Shown: one piece after another, positions 46,257 through 56,811 of the stretch
Position numbering within the stretch: the first letter of the stretch is position 1
Layout of the letters: each line of letters starts with the position of its first letter
NCBI GenBank assembly: GCA_044222475.1
Contig: JBGANF010000017.1
Location: forward strand, 22,727 to 86,726
Length of the DNA: 64,000 nt
From: Polyangiaceae bacterium
GTDB taxonomy: Bacteria; Myxococcota_A; Polyangia; Polyangiales; Polyangiaceae
Reading direction: 5' to 3'
The notes under the pieces: model-generated
Databases searched by the model: none
Told to the model about the DNA's origin: nothing
Seen by the model: the letters and a program-made list of their open reading frames with translations, nothing else
Translations under genes and position numbers: made by a program

Positions 46257-47006
46257 ATGCTGTTCGGTTCGCGCGTCATCGCGGTCGTGCCGGCTCTCGA
46301 CGAAGAGCCGCGGATCGCGCGCGTCGTCGAGACGATGCCGGCGTTCGTCGACCGGGTGATCGTCGTCGACGATGGCAGCTCCGATCGGACCGCCGATGCG
46401 GCTCGCGCAGCGAAGAGCATGGCACGGGTCGACGTGCTCTCCCACGCGCGGCGCAGCGGCGTCTTCGCGGCGATCGCGACGGGGTATCGTCACGCGCTCG
46501 CCGAGTCGGGCGACGCGAACGATGCGTTCGTCGTCCTCGCGGGCGACGGTCAGATGGATCCCGACGATCTGATCGACGTCGCGACGCCGATCGTCCGGGG
46601 CGAGGCGGGCTACGTGAAAGGCAATCGCTTCGCGGTGGACGACGCAGCGGGCATGCCCGCCGCGCGCTGGGTCGGCGGTCGGGTGTTCTCGCGCATGACG
46701 GCGGTCGCGCTCGGCACCGAGGTGAACGACAGCCAGTCGGGCTTCACCGGCATCGCGCGCTGGGCCTGCGAGCGACTCGACCTCGGATCGATCTGGCCCG
46801 GATACGGCTACCCGAACGATCTTCTCGCCGCGCTCGTCCGCGAGCGCATTCCGTTCGCCGAGGTGCCGGTGCGCGCAGTCTACGAGGGCGCCCAGTCGAG
46901 GTTGCGCGCGGGCGACGTCGTGGTCATAGCTGGATTGGTGGGCCGCGCGTACTTCCGGCGACTAGGCCGATCGCAAGCGGCGCAGTTTTTCGCACATTTC
47001 ACGTAG
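46257..47006 (+). CDS. Glycosyltransferase family 2
   Basis: VVPALDEE, VVDDGSSDRT, AGDGQMDP, VKGNRF, DSQSGF. Confidence 0.92.
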   Translation: MLFGSRVIAVVPALDEEPRIARVVETMPAFVDRVIVVDDGSSDRTADAARAAKSMARVDVLSHARRSGVFAAIATGYRHALAESGDANDAFVVLAGDGQMDPDDLIDVATPIVRGEAGYVKGNRFAVDDAAGMPAARWVGGRVFSRMTAVALGTEVNDSQSGFTGIARWACERLDLGSIWPGYGYPNDLLAALVRERIPFAEVPVRAVYEGAQSRLRAGDVVVIAGLVGRAYFRRLGRSQAAQFFAHFT

Positions 47007-47063
47007 CTTCGGGCGAGGGTGGGTAGTACCTTCCGCTTCTTCCCCGAACGAGGAGTCGTATCG

Positions 47064-47450
47064 ATGCAAGGTTATCCCCCTCCTGGCGCTCCCCCTCCTG
47101 GTGGTTACGGCGGCGCGCCCCCACCCGGTGGTTATGGTCCGCCCCCGGGCGCCTACGGCGCTCCGCCGGCGCCGGGGATGATGCAGCCCAACGCCCCCTT
47201 CGGCATCGAGCCGACGACGGGCCTGCCCTACTCCGACAAGTCGAAGATGGTCGCCGGGCTCCTCCAGATCTTCCTCGGCTCGTTCGGCGCGGGTCGCTTC
47301 TACACCGGGCACACCGGCCTCGCGATCGCGCAGATCGCGGTCGTCTGGTGCACGTGCGGCATCGGCGCGATCTGGCCGCTGATCGACGGCGTCATGATGC
47401 TGACCGGCAAGGTGCCGGACGCGGAAGGTCGCCCCCTCCGCGACGGCTGA
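47064..47450 (+). CDS. TM2 domain protein with Pro/Gly/Tyr-rich N-terminus
   Basis: SDKSKMVAGLLQIFLGSFGAGRFYTG..IWPLID; SD GAGGAG upstream. Confidence 0.88.
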   Translation: MQGYPPPGAPPPGGYGGAPPPGGYGPPPGAYGAPPAPGMMQPNAPFGIEPTTGLPYSDKSKMVAGLLQIFLGSFGAGRFYTGHTGLAIAQIAVVWCTCGIGAIWPLIDGVMMLTGKVPDAEGRPLRDG

Positions 47451-48671
47451 TTGGCGCGGGAAATCATCCACGTCGACATGGACGCGTTCTTCGCGTCCGT
47501 GGAAGAGCTCCACGATCCGTCGCTGCGTGGGAAACCGGTGCTCGTCGGCGGTCGCTCGATGCGATCGGTCGTGGCCGCCGCTTCGTACGCCGCGCGCAAG
47601 TTCGGCTGCCACTCGGCGATGCCGATGGCGGAAGCGCTGCGCAAGTGTCCGCAGGCGATCGTCGTCGAGCCCCACCGCGAGCGTTACGAGGAGGCGAGCC
47701 GGGCGGTGTTCGACGTCTTCCGTCGCTACACGCCGCTGGTCGAAGGGCTCAGCATCGACGAAGCGTTCCTCGACGTCACGGCGAGCCGCTCGCTGTTCGG
47801 CGACGGCGAGGCGATCGCCCGTCGCATCAAGGACGACATCAAGCGCGAGGTGCACCTCACCGCTTCGGCTGGCGTGGCGCCGACGAAGTTCGTCGCGAAG
47901 ATCGCGAGTGATCTGAAGAAGCCGGATGGTCTCGTCGTGGTGCGCGCGGACGAGGTCGAGGCGCTGCTCATGCCCTTGCCGATCGAGCGCATGTGGGGCG
48001 TCGGGCCGAAGACCGCACCGAAGCTCCACGACCTCGGTTACCGCACGCTCGGCGATCTGGCGTCGGCCAAGCTGTTCGACCTGGAGCGCGTCTTGGGCTC
48101 ATGGGGAGTCCACGTGCGGGCGCTCGCTCGCGGGGAGGACCCGCGCGTCGTCGATCCGCACGTCGCCGCGAAGAGCATCGGCGCCGAGGAGACGTACGAG
48201 CGCGACTTGGTGACGCGCGCCGAGATCGAGCGTTGCTTGTTGGACCACGCGACGAAGGTCGCGTCGCGGTTGGTCGGCGAGGGCGTGAGCGCGAGCATCG
48301 TGGCGGTGAAGCTCAAGTACGCGGACTTCACCGTGCGCTCGCGGCAGATGAAGCTGCCGGTGCCCGCGGCCGACACGCTGTCGATCCATCGCGCGGCGGT
48401 CGGGATGCTCGACCGATTCGAGCGCCGCGACCCGGTGAGGCTCACCGGCATCTCGGTGTCGGGCCTCGTGGACGGCCCGCCACCGGAGCTCCTCTTCGAC
48501 GAGGGCGATCGCCAGCGGCAGCACGCGCTGGAGAAGGTCGCGGCGAAGGTCGCGGCCAAGTTCGACGGCGCGAACCTCACGCGCGCGACGTTGCTCGAGA
48601 AGTCCGCGAGCCGCACCGCGAACGCGGGGACGACGAGAGGCATCGCTCGGCCGGTGAAGCCGGTGAAGTAG
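47451..48671 (+). CDS. dinB: DNA polymerase IV
   Basis: IHVDMDAFFASVE, AASYAARKFG, SIDEAFLD, AKIASDLKKPDG, WGVGPKT, KSIGAEET. Confidence 0.96.
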   Translation: MAREIIHVDMDAFFASVEELHDPSLRGKPVLVGGRSMRSVVAAASYAARKFGCHSAMPMAEALRKCPQAIVVEPHRERYEEASRAVFDVFRRYTPLVEGLSIDEAFLDVTASRSLFGDGEAIARRIKDDIKREVHLTASAGVAPTKFVAKIASDLKKPDGLVVVRADEVEALLMPLPIERMWGVGPKTAPKLHDLGYRTLGDLASAKLFDLERVLGSWGVHVRALARGEDPRVVDPHVAAKSIGAEETYERDLVTRAEIERCLLDHATKVASRLVGEGVSASIVAVKLKYADFTVRSRQMKLPVPAADTLSIHRAAVGMLDRFERRDPVRLTGISVSGLVDGPPPELLFDEGDRQRQHALEKVAAKVAAKFDGANLTRATLLEKSASRTANAGTTRGIARPVKPVK

Positions 48672-48677
48672 TCCACC

Positions 48678-49238
48678 TCAGCGGAAGATCATGTAACCGA
48701 TCGTGTCGAACCCGAAGAGGAAGCCTCCTTGGGTGACGATCCCCGCGCCGGTGCCGCGGATCGCCTCGGTGCCGCCGATGTTCCAGAGCACGGTCCCGAC
48801 GAGGACGTAGCCGACGTCGAGCAAGGCGTTGATCCAGAACGCGCGGGAGAGGCTTGCGGAGTCTTTCTTGATGACCTCCGCTTTCGGATCCACCGTGGTG
48901 AAGAGATTCGTTCGCGACTGCGCTTCGCCCCACAGCGTGAAGGCCAGGTTGATCGCGCCCCAGGCGATGCCTTGGATGCCGATGAACCGCTCGAAGTCGT
49001 TGGGGCCGCCCAACGCGAGCCCCGCGCCGGCGCCCATGCTCGCGAGGCTCCACGCGCCGAGCACTCCGAACATCGACTGGCGCTTCATGGCGTAATCCCA
49101 GCCTGCAGTCTTGTCTGCGACGACGCTGAATTGTACCAACGTGGTACGACTTGGTCGTGGCGCAGTCGGCTCTGCCGTGGCGGGGCCGGCGAGACCGATG
49201 AGCGCTGTCGTCGTCGCGAGCAGGAGGAGCCGCCTCAT
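48678..49238 (-). CDS. Hypothetical exported/membrane protein
   Basis: Signal peptide; WGAINLA..INALLDVGY..GIVTQGGFLFGFD. Confidence 0.75.
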   Translation of the reverse strand: MRRLLLLATTTALIGLAGPATAEPTAPRPSRTTLVQFSVVADKTAGWDYAMKRQSMFGVLGAWSLASMGAGAGLALGGPNDFERFIGIQGIAWGAINLAFTLWGEAQSRTNLFTTVDPKAEVIKKDSASLSRAFWINALLDVGYVLVGTVLWNIGGTEAIRGTGAGIVTQGGFLFGFDTIGYMIFR

Positions 49239-49247
49239 CGATTCAGC

Positions 49248-50543
49248 TTACGCCAGAGCGCGGGCGACGATCGTGGGAACGTGCGCCAGGGCGTGGTCGA
49301 GGTCGAACAGGACGTCGAGCTTCTTCGCGTCGATCTTGCTCATCACGTCGGCGTCGGCCGCGAGGTTCGCCTTGAACCGCCCGTCGCCCTGCCACGCGCG
49401 CATCGCGTTCCGCTGCACGAGGACGTACGCCTCTTGGCGCGGCATCCCGGCCTCGACGAGGGCGAGCAGCACCGCTTCGGAGAAGTACAGCTCGGCCGCG
49501 CGATCGAGGTTCCGCTTGAGATTCTCGGGGTAGACGACGAGGCCCTCGACGAGCCCGGCGGTGCGGTCGAGCATGAAGCCCAGCGTCGCGGTCGCGTCGG
49601 GGCCGATCATGCGCTCCACGGAAGAGTGCGAGATGTCGCGCTCGTGCCACAGCGCCACGTTCTCCATCGCGGGCGTCACCGCGGCGCGCACGATGCGCGC
49701 GAGCCCGCAGAGGTTCTCGCTCAGGATCGGGTTGCGCTTGTGCGGCATGGCGCTCGAGCCTTTTTGGCCGACGGTGAACGCCTCTTCGGCTTCGCCCACG
49801 TCGGAGCGCTGCCACCCGCGGACGTTCGTCGCGAGGCGCTCGATCGCAGCGGCGCACAGCGCGAGCGCGGCGAAGAACGCCGCGTGCCGGTCGCGCGCGA
49901 CGACCTGGGTCGCGACCGTCTCGGGGACGAGGCCCAGCGCGCCGAGCGCGCGCTTCTCGATCTCGGGCGTGACGTGCGCGTACGTCCCGACCGCGCCGGC
50001 GATCTTGCCGACCGCGATCTCGACCTTGGCCGCCGCGAGCCGCGCGCGCGCGCGCTTCATCTCGGCGTAGTGACCGGCGAGCGCGAGCCCGAACGTCACC
50101 GGCTCGGCGAAGATGCCGTGGCTGCGGCCGATCATCGGCGTCTTCTCGTGCTCCTTGGCGCGCTTCGCGAGCGCGGCGAGCACCTTGTCGCAGCGGGCGA
50201 GCAGGAGGTCGGCGGCGTCGCGCATCTGGATGGCGAGCGCGCTGTCGAGGACGTCGCTCGAGGTCATGCCGCGGTGGAGCCACCGCGCGTCGATGCCGGC
50301 CTTCTCTTCGACGTGGGTGAGGAACGCGATGACGTCGTGCTTGGTCGTCTTCTCGATCTCTTCGATGCGCGCCGCGTCGAGAACGAGCTTCTTGTCGCGG
50401 ATTCGACCGGCGACGCCCTTCGGGACGAGGCCGGCCTCTTCCATCGCCTCGCACGCCGCGAGCTCGACCTCGAGCCAGATGGCGAAGCGACGATCGGACG
50501 ACCACAGATCGGCGAAATCCTTCGGCGTGTAGCGCGGGATCAT
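49248..50543 (-). CDS. purB: Adenylosuccinate lyase
   Basis: [50 protein letters not shown]. Confidence 0.97.
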   Translation of the reverse strand: MIPRYTPKDFADLWSSDRRFAIWLEVELAACEAMEEAGLVPKGVAGRIRDKKLVLDAARIEEIEKTTKHDVIAFLTHVEEKAGIDARWLHRGMTSSDVLDSALAIQMRDAADLLLARCDKVLAALAKRAKEHEKTPMIGRSHGIFAEPVTFGLALAGHYAEMKRARARLAAAKVEIAVGKIAGAVGTYAHVTPEIEKRALGALGLVPETVATQVVARDRHAAFFAALALCAAAIERLATNVRGWQRSDVGEAEEAFTVGQKGSSAMPHKRNPILSENLCGLARIVRAAVTPAMENVALWHERDISHSSVERMIGPDATATLGFMLDRTAGLVEGLVVYPENLKRNLDRAAELYFSEAVLLALVEAGMPRQEAYVLVQRNAMRAWQGDGRFKANLAADADVMSKIDAKKLDVLFDLDHALAHVPTIVARALA

Positions 50544-50572
50544 GATGCCCGCTTATCGCGCGATTTTCGGGC

Positions 50573-50848
50573 TCAGTCCACGGAACACTTGCGCGCGCCG
50601 ACCGCGAAATACTCGCGGCGGCAGCTGACCGTCACGGTGCCGTCCTTCCACGTCGTGTCGATCGTGACGCCGAGTGGCGTGCGCGACATGCGGGTGAGGC
50701 CGTGCTTCTCGGTGCACTTCTTCACCGTGCACGCCTTCTCTTCGGCGAGCTGCTTGAAGGGCTCGTCGTCGGTGAGGACGTTGTCGACCGCCATCCACGT
50801 GATGGTGATGGCCACGATCGCAAAGATCACCTGGAACGCGCGCTTCAC
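50573..50848 (-). CDS. Small hypothetical membrane-anchored protein
   Basis: N-terminal TM, four Cys; TAGACT 6 nt before GTG. Confidence 0.65.
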   Translation of the reverse strand: MKRAFQVIFAIVAITITWMAVDNVLTDDEPFKQLAEEKACTVKKCTEKHGLTRMSRTPLGVTIDTTWKDGTVTVSCRREYFAVGARKCSVD

Positions 50849-50872
50849 CAGTGGAGTCTACCAGAAGGCGCG

Positions 50873-52999
50873 TCAGTCGTCGTAGAACCGCGCACCCTTC
50901 TTCGCCACGTCGACCAGGAGGGGCGCCGGGGTGAACCGCTCTCCGAAGCGGCGCTGGTAGGTCTCGATCCTCCGGACGATCTCGCCGGCGCCCACTGCGT
51001 CGACGTACCGGAAGGGCCCTCCGCGGAACGGAGGGAAACCGAGGCCGAAGATCGCGCCCACGTCGCCGTCGCGCGGCGAGCTCAGGATGCCTTCCCCGAG
51101 GCACCGCGCCGCCTCGTTCACCATCGAGAGCGCGCAGCGCATCTGCATCTCCTCCGGCGGGACGACCTTGTCGGGCTTCACCCCGAGCACTCCGTACACC
51201 GAGTCGTCGACGAGCTTCTTCCCGCCCGCGCCCTTGCCGTAGCGGTAGAACCCCCGCCCGTTCTTGCGCCCCTTGCGGTCGTCCTTGACGAGCTGCTCCA
51301 TCACCGGCGGCGGCGTGAGCCGTGATCCGAACGCGTCCTGCATGATCGGCCCGACGTGCGCCGCCACGTCGATGCCCACCTCGTCGAGGAGCTGCACCGG
51401 GCCGACCGGGAAGCCCCACGCCACGAGCGCATCGTCGAGCGCGTCGACCCGCACGCCCTCCGCGAGCAGGTACGCCGCCTCGTTCATGTACGGCGCGAGG
51501 ATGCGGCTCGTGTAGAAGCCGACGCCGTCCTTCACGACGATCACCGTCTTGCCTTGCTTGCGCCCCAGCGCGACTGCTCGCGCCACGGTGCGCGCGCTCG
51601 TCTTCGGCGCCCGCACGATCTCGAGCAGCGGCATCTTCGGCACTGGGCTGAAGTAGTGCATCCCGACGACGTTCTCCGGTCGCTTCGACGCGGCTGCGAT
51701 CGTCGCGATCGAGATCGACGACGTGTTCGACGCGAAGATCGCGTCCGGGCGGACGATCGCCTCGACGTCGCGAAGGACCTCGTGCTTCAACGCGAGATCT
51801 TCGAAGACCGCCTCGATGATCACGTCGGCGTGGCCGATGCCCGCGTAGTCCGCCGACCCGGTGAGGCGCGCGAACACCTGGTCGCGCTCCTCTCGCGAGA
51901 TCTGCTTCTTCTTCACCCGCTCGTCGAGGAGGTCGCGCACGACCTTCAGGCCGCGACCGACCCCGGCGTCGTCCCGGTCCTTGAGCCGCACCGGGATCCC
52001 CGCTGCGATGGTGACGTATGCGATCCCGCCGCCCATGAGGCCCCCGCCGATCATCGCGACCGAGTGAGGCAGCGCGTCGTCGCCGCCGGCGGACTCCTTC
52101 TTCAGCGCCTGCGTCGCGTCGAAGATCCCGCGGAGCGCCTTCGACGTGCTCGAGACCAGGAGCTCGCCGAACGACCTCGCCTCGAGCTCGGCGGCCGACG
52201 CCGCGCCGCGCTGGGCGAAGCGCTCGACGACGTCGATGATTCGGTCCGTCGCCGGATACTGGCCTCGCGTCTTCTTTCGGGTCTCTGCGCGGGCCTTCTT
52301 GAAGAGGAACGCGCGCCCGGCAGGGTTCTTCTCCAGCGCGAAGCGGACGAGGTCCTCTTGTCCCAACTTAGTACGCGCTCGACGCTTCTTGCCGCCCGCT
52401 TCGGCGAGCGCCAGCGCGCGCTCCTTGGCGACGGCCACCACGATCGACCGCGGGCAGACCTCCTCGGCGAGGCCCATCTTCTTCGCTTTGGCGGCGCGCA
52501 CGTTTCGACCGGTGAGCCCGAGGTCGAGCGCGACCTGGAGCCCGGCGCGCTCGGCGACGCGAAGCAGCCCGTTCGCGGCCGGCAGGAGCCCGAGCTGAAC
52601 CTCGGGGAGCCCGACCTTGGCGTCGTCGGCGAGGACGATCGCGTGGCACGCCAGCGCGAGCTCGAAGCCGCCGCCGAGCGCCGACCCAGCCACCGCGGCC
52701 ACGACCGGCTTCGTGCCCTCCTTGATCGTGAGGAGCGCGTGGGCGAGCTCCTTCGCCTTCCGCTCGGCCTCGCCGGCGGTCTTGATCGACGCGAGCATCT
52801 GCACGTTGGCGCCGAGCACGAAGTCGCGCTTGCGGCTCGCGAGCACGATGGCTTTCACCGACGCGGTCGCCTCGGCCCTGGCCAGCGCACCGAGAAGCTC
52901 GCGCCCGAAGGCGTCGTTGATGGTGTTGGCCGACGAGCTGGGATCGTCGAACCAGACGATGGCGACCGGGCCGGTGGTTTCGAGATCGACGACGCTCAT
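50873..52999 (-). CDS. fadJ: Fatty acid oxidation complex subunit alpha
   Basis: GGGFELALAC, GLPEVQLGLLP, GGGLMGGG, EAVFED, ASNTSS, GMHYFSP. Confidence 0.93.
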   Translation of the reverse strand: MSVVDLETTGPVAIVWFDDPSSSANTINDAFGRELLGALARAEATASVKAIVLASRKRDFVLGANVQMLASIKTAGEAERKAKELAHALLTIKEGTKPVVAAVAGSALGGGFELALACHAIVLADDAKVGLPEVQLGLLPAANGLLRVAERAGLQVALDLGLTGRNVRAAKAKKMGLAEEVCPRSIVVAVAKERALALAEAGGKKRRARTKLGQEDLVRFALEKNPAGRAFLFKKARAETRKKTRGQYPATDRIIDVVERFAQRGAASAAELEARSFGELLVSSTSKALRGIFDATQALKKESAGGDDALPHSVAMIGGGLMGGGIAYVTIAAGIPVRLKDRDDAGVGRGLKVVRDLLDERVKKKQISREERDQVFARLTGSADYAGIGHADVIIEAVFEDLALKHEVLRDVEAIVRPDAIFASNTSSISIATIAAASKRPENVVGMHYFSPVPKMPLLEIVRAPKTSARTVARAVALGRKQGKTVIVVKDGVGFYTSRILAPYMNEAAYLLAEGVRVDALDDALVAWGFPVGPVQLLDEVGIDVAAHVGPIMQDAFGSRLTPPPVMEQLVKDDRKGRKNGRGFYRYGKGAGGKKLVDDSVYGVLGVKPDKVVPPEEMQMRCALSMVNEAARCLGEGILSSPRDGDVGAIFGLGFPPFRGGPFRYVDAVGAGEIVRRIETYQRRFGERFTPAPLLVDVAKKGARFYDD

Positions 53000-54315
53000 G
53001 CGTCCACCTCGAGCACCGCCGCCGCGCCGAGCCCGCCAGCTGCGCACGCGGTCGCGAGCCCGAAGCCGCCGCCGCGTCGCCGGAGCTCGTGAAGGACGGT
53101 CGTGATCATGCGCGCACCCGTCGCGGCGAACGGGTGGCCGAGCGCGATCGATCCGCCGTGCACGTTGAGGCGGTCGTCGTCGATGGCGCCGAGCGGTTCG
53201 CTTCGCCCGAGCTTGTCCTTCGCGAACTGCTTCGAGTCGAATGCCTGCAGATTGCACAGAACCTGCGCGGCGAACGCCTCGTGGATGTCGACGACCTCCA
53301 TGTCGGCGAGTCGCAGGCCGGCGCGATCGAGCGCGATCGGCGACGCGTAGGCCGGCCCCATGAGCATCCACTCGTTCGGGTCGAGCGCGGCGAACGCCCA
53401 CGAGCGCAGATACCCGAGCGGCTTGTACCCGAGCGCCTTCGCCTTCTTCTCCGTCATGACGAGGAGCGCGCTCGCGCCGTCGGTGAGCGGCGACGAGCTC
53501 CCCGCCGTTACCGTGCCGAAGCGGCGATCGAACGCCGGCTTCAGCTTGGCGTAGGCCTCGATGGATCCATCTTTGCGGACGAGGTTGTCCTCCGTCACCG
53601 GCTCGAAGCGCGGCGGGGCGACGAAGTGCATCACCTCCTTCGCGAAGATTCCTTTCTTCCACGCTGCCGCCGCGCGCTCGTGGCTGCGATGCGCGAACGC
53701 ATCTTGCGCCTCGCGCGAGATGCCGGCTTCCTTCGCCATCTTCTCGGCGGACTCGCCCATCGTGAGGCCGGTCGTCGGCTCTTTCAGCGCGGGCGGCACC
53801 GGGACGAGGTCGCTCGGCCCCAGCTTGGCGAGGATGCGCAGGCGATCGCCGAGGGTGCGCGCCTTCTGCAGATCGATCAGCGCGGTGGTGAGCTTCTTCG
53901 AGACGGTGATCGGCACGTCGCTCGAGCTGTCGGTCCCGCCGACGATCGCGACGTCGTGTTGTCCGGCGATCATTGCCTCCGCGGCCGACGTCAGCGCCTG
54001 GAACGACGTCGCGCACGCGCGGATGACCGTGTACGCCTCGACGTCCTTCGGCAGGTTCGTGCCGAGGACGACCTCGCGAGCGACGTTCGGCGCGCGCACG
54101 CTCGGGACCGCGGAGCCGTACACGCACAGACCGATCTCGTTCCGGTCGATCTCGGAGCGCGCGACGAGCTCGGCGACCACTCCCCGCGCGAGATCGAGCG
54201 CCGAGAGGTCGCGGTACGCGGTGCTCTGCTTCGCGAACGGCGTTCGCAACCCGGCGACGATGGCGATGCGCTCGCCCTTCGCGCGGACCTGCTCGTTGGC
54301 CTTCGTCCTGCTCAT
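52996..54315 (-). CDS. fadI: 3-ketoacyl-CoA thiolase
   Basis: RTPFAK, RACATSFQ, HEAFAAQ, GHPFAATG, ACAAGGLG; coupled to fadJ. Confidence 0.93.
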   Translation of the reverse strand: MSRTKANEQVRAKGERIAIVAGLRTPFAKQSTAYRDLSALDLARGVVAELVARSEIDRNEIGLCVYGSAVPSVRAPNVAREVVLGTNLPKDVEAYTVIRACATSFQALTSAAEAMIAGQHDVAIVGGTDSSSDVPITVSKKLTTALIDLQKARTLGDRLRILAKLGPSDLVPVPPALKEPTTGLTMGESAEKMAKEAGISREAQDAFAHRSHERAAAAWKKGIFAKEVMHFVAPPRFEPVTEDNLVRKDGSIEAYAKLKPAFDRRFGTVTAGSSSPLTDGASALLVMTEKKAKALGYKPLGYLRSWAFAALDPNEWMLMGPAYASPIALDRAGLRLADMEVVDIHEAFAAQVLCNLQAFDSKQFAKDKLGRSEPLGAIDDDRLNVHGGSIALGHPFAATGARMITTVLHELRRRGGGFGLATACAAGGLGAAAVLEVDA

Positions 54316-54386
54316 GTCCCCCGACAAATGAGCCGAATGACGCGCCGTGTCAATCCCCGCTTCCGACCGTGTCACACTGAACCGGA

Positions 54387-55751
54387 ATGCGGTCCACGGC
54401 GCTCGTTCTCCTCCTGATCGTGCTCGCGTGCGGCGCGAGAACGCCCCTCGGCGATGGAGTCGATGACGCCTCCATCTCGGACGGCGGCGACGGGGGCGTG
54501 CCCTTGGTCGACCTTTGTGCGACCGATGGGGGAGCCCACGACGCCGACACGGACGGCGGTTGCCCGACCTGCGACGCCTGCGACTCGGGCACCACGACGC
54601 TCAGCGGCACCGTCTACGACCCACTCGGGAAACATGTACTCTACAACGTCTTGGTCTACGTGCCGACGGCTCCGCTCGAGCCCATCCCCAGTGGGGCGCG
54701 TTGCGCGCCGTGCAGTGCGGCAGCTTCCGGCAAACCCGGCGCCATGACCACCACCGACGTCCATGGTCACTTTCGGCTCGAGCACGTGCCCAGCGGCGAC
54801 AGCGTCCCGCTCGTGATGCAACTCGGAAAGTGGCGTCGCCTCGTCCACGTTCAGGTGAAGGCATGCACCGACAACGTCCTCGGCGATCCGAACGTGACCC
54901 GACTCCCGCGAACGACGGCCGAGGGCAACCTGCCGCGCATTGCGCTGACGACCGGCTGCGACCATCTCGAGTGCTTCCTCGCCGCTCGGGTCGGCATCGA
55001 CGCGTCGGAGTTCACTGCGCCCGGCGGCGGCGGCAGCGTCGAGGTCTACGTCAGCAACGGAACGGCGATCACGAATCCAAACGACCGAGCAGACCTGCTT
55101 TGGAACGATCGGGCGCGCTTGATGACGTACGACCTGATCCTCGCCCCGTGCGAGTGCACCGTTCACCCGCAAACGGCAGACGCATTCGCCAACGTGAAGC
55201 ACTACCTCGACAACGGTGGCCGACTCTTTGCGGGCCACTATCACTACAACCTCTTCGCGAGCGCAGCGCAGTGTGGAGCTCAGCGCGGCCCATGCGGTGG
55301 GCCGCCGGACTTTGCGAGCGTCGCGGACTGGACGCAAGCCCACGCCGGACCTTCGGCGACCCAACTCGTCGACACCTCTCATCCGCGGGGGGCTGCGCTC
55401 GCAGCGAGCCTCGCCGCCGACGGCCTCGCGACCAATGGGGTCGTCGAGCTCTATCAACTTCGGAGTGACGTCGGTGATGTCTCCAGCGCGGCGACACGCT
55501 GGATCTACACCCCCACGAGCTCCGGGGACGACACGTACTACCTCTCGTTCAATACGCCGGTGAGAAGCGCGACGGCGTGCGGACGCGCGGTCTTCTCCGA
55601 CATCCACTCGACGGAGTCGGCCGCTCCCAAGAAGCCCAAGGGAGCGTGCGGAGCGCTCGTCAACGAGGCGGTGCTCGAGTTCCTCTTCTTCGACCTCTCG
55701 TCGTGCGTCCAGGACGACGCGATGGCGCCGGTCAGACCGTGTTCGCGGTGA
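54387..55751 (+). CDS. Cys-rich lipoprotein with carboxypeptidase-regulatory-like domain
   Basis: Lipobox VLAC; LSGTVYDP..LYNVLVYVP, QLGKWRR, CGRAVFSDIH, LEFLFFDLSSC. Confidence 0.8.
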   Translation: MRSTALVLLLIVLACGARTPLGDGVDDASISDGGDGGVPLVDLCATDGGAHDADTDGGCPTCDACDSGTTTLSGTVYDPLGKHVLYNVLVYVPTAPLEPIPSGARCAPCSAAASGKPGAMTTTDVHGHFRLEHVPSGDSVPLVMQLGKWRRLVHVQVKACTDNVLGDPNVTRLPRTTAEGNLPRIALTTGCDHLECFLAARVGIDASEFTAPGGGGSVEVYVSNGTAITNPNDRADLLWNDRARLMTYDLILAPCECTVHPQTADAFANVKHYLDNGGRLFAGHYHYNLFASAAQCGAQRGPCGGPPDFASVADWTQAHAGPSATQLVDTSHPRGAALAASLAADGLATNGVVELYQLRSDVGDVSSAATRWIYTPTSSGDDTYYLSFNTPVRSATACGRAVFSDIHSTESAAPKKPKGACGALVNEAVLEFLFFDLSSCVQDDAMAPVRPCSR

Positions 55752-55752
55752 C

Positions 55753-56811
55753 CTACCGTGAAACCGCGCGGAGCGACGCGCCCGCACCGGATCGAAGCGC
55801 GACGATCGTCATCGACGACGAAGCCTGCGGTGCGCCGGCGAACGATCCGTCGAGCACGCTCGTCTTCACCGACGATCCGTCGACGGGGGCCCGCCAGAGC
55901 GACTCCTTGCCGTTCGCGTCGGGCGCGATCCAATCGAGCGTTCCGCTTCGACCCGACGGCAGCCAGAAGCGCGTCGCGTTCGTCACGTCGGCGATGGCGA
56001 TGTCGCTCGATTGGGGCGTCCCGATGCGCGCGCCGCGCACGCCGAACGCTTGGAACTTCGGCTCGGGGTGAACGTCGCCCCAGTGGAGGTAACCGAGCGC
56101 GTCGTCGCCGACGAGGACCGGAAACGCTTGCTTGCCGGTTGCCTTTCGGGTCGTGGAGACCTTCGTCGCGCGATCGTGGACGACGATGTCCGCGAGATCC
56201 GTGTCGTTGCCGTCGAAGCGCCCGTCCGGATCTTCACTGAAATCGGTGTAGGCGACGAACTTGTCGTTCACGTCGGCGAAGCGCTGTTGACCCGGGCCAC
56301 TCGCGACGAGCGTGGTGCTCGCGCCCGCGACGTCCCACACGTAGACGTTGGTGTCGCCGAGCGCGTCGGGCGAGAGCCACGCCGTGAACACCACGCTCCC
56401 GCCGAACGCGCGCGGTTCGCCTGCATGATCGAACGGCCCGATGACCTTCGTCGTCGCTCCGCCTTTCCACACCATCACTGCGCTCGGACTGCCCGTCTCC
56501 CAAGCGACCGTGTCGTTTCCCAACGTGGGACGACGCGGAACGTCGGCCGGAGTCGGGGGAGCGTCGGTGAGAAACTGCTCGGTGCCCGTGCCGAGATCGC
56601 GCAAGACGAGCCTCTGCGTTCCTCGTTGGACGTACGCGAGGCGACAGCCGTCGATCGCGTAGCCCGGGTAGATCGAGGTCTGATCCTCGACCGAGACGTC
56701 GGCGCCGATCGTCGAGCAGGTCGCACCGGCGTCGCCCGCATCGGTTGTGGTCGTGCCCACGGCACCGCCGCACGCCAGCATCAGAGGAAGAAAGAGAAGG
56801 AGAGTCTTCAT
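55753..56811 (-). CDS. Lipoprotein, probable beta-propeller
   Basis: MKTLLLFLPLMLAC; repeated blades (VAWE, VVFTAW, VAYTD, LGYL); ATGA coupled to the upstream activator. Confidence 0.78.
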   Translation of the reverse strand: MKTLLLFLPLMLACGGAVGTTTTDAGDAGATCSTIGADVSVEDQTSIYPGYAIDGCRLAYVQRGTQRLVLRDLGTGTEQFLTDAPPTPADVPRRPTLGNDTVAWETGSPSAVMVWKGGATTKVIGPFDHAGEPRAFGGSVVFTAWLSPDALGDTNVYVWDVAGASTTLVASGPGQQRFADVNDKFVAYTDFSEDPDGRFDGNDTDLADIVVHDRATKVSTTRKATGKQAFPVLVGDDALGYLHWGDVHPEPKFQAFGVRGARIGTPQSSDIAIADVTNATRFWLPSGRSGTLDWIAPDANGKESLWRAPVDGSSVKTSVLDGSFAGAPQASSSMTIVALRSGAGASLRAVSR

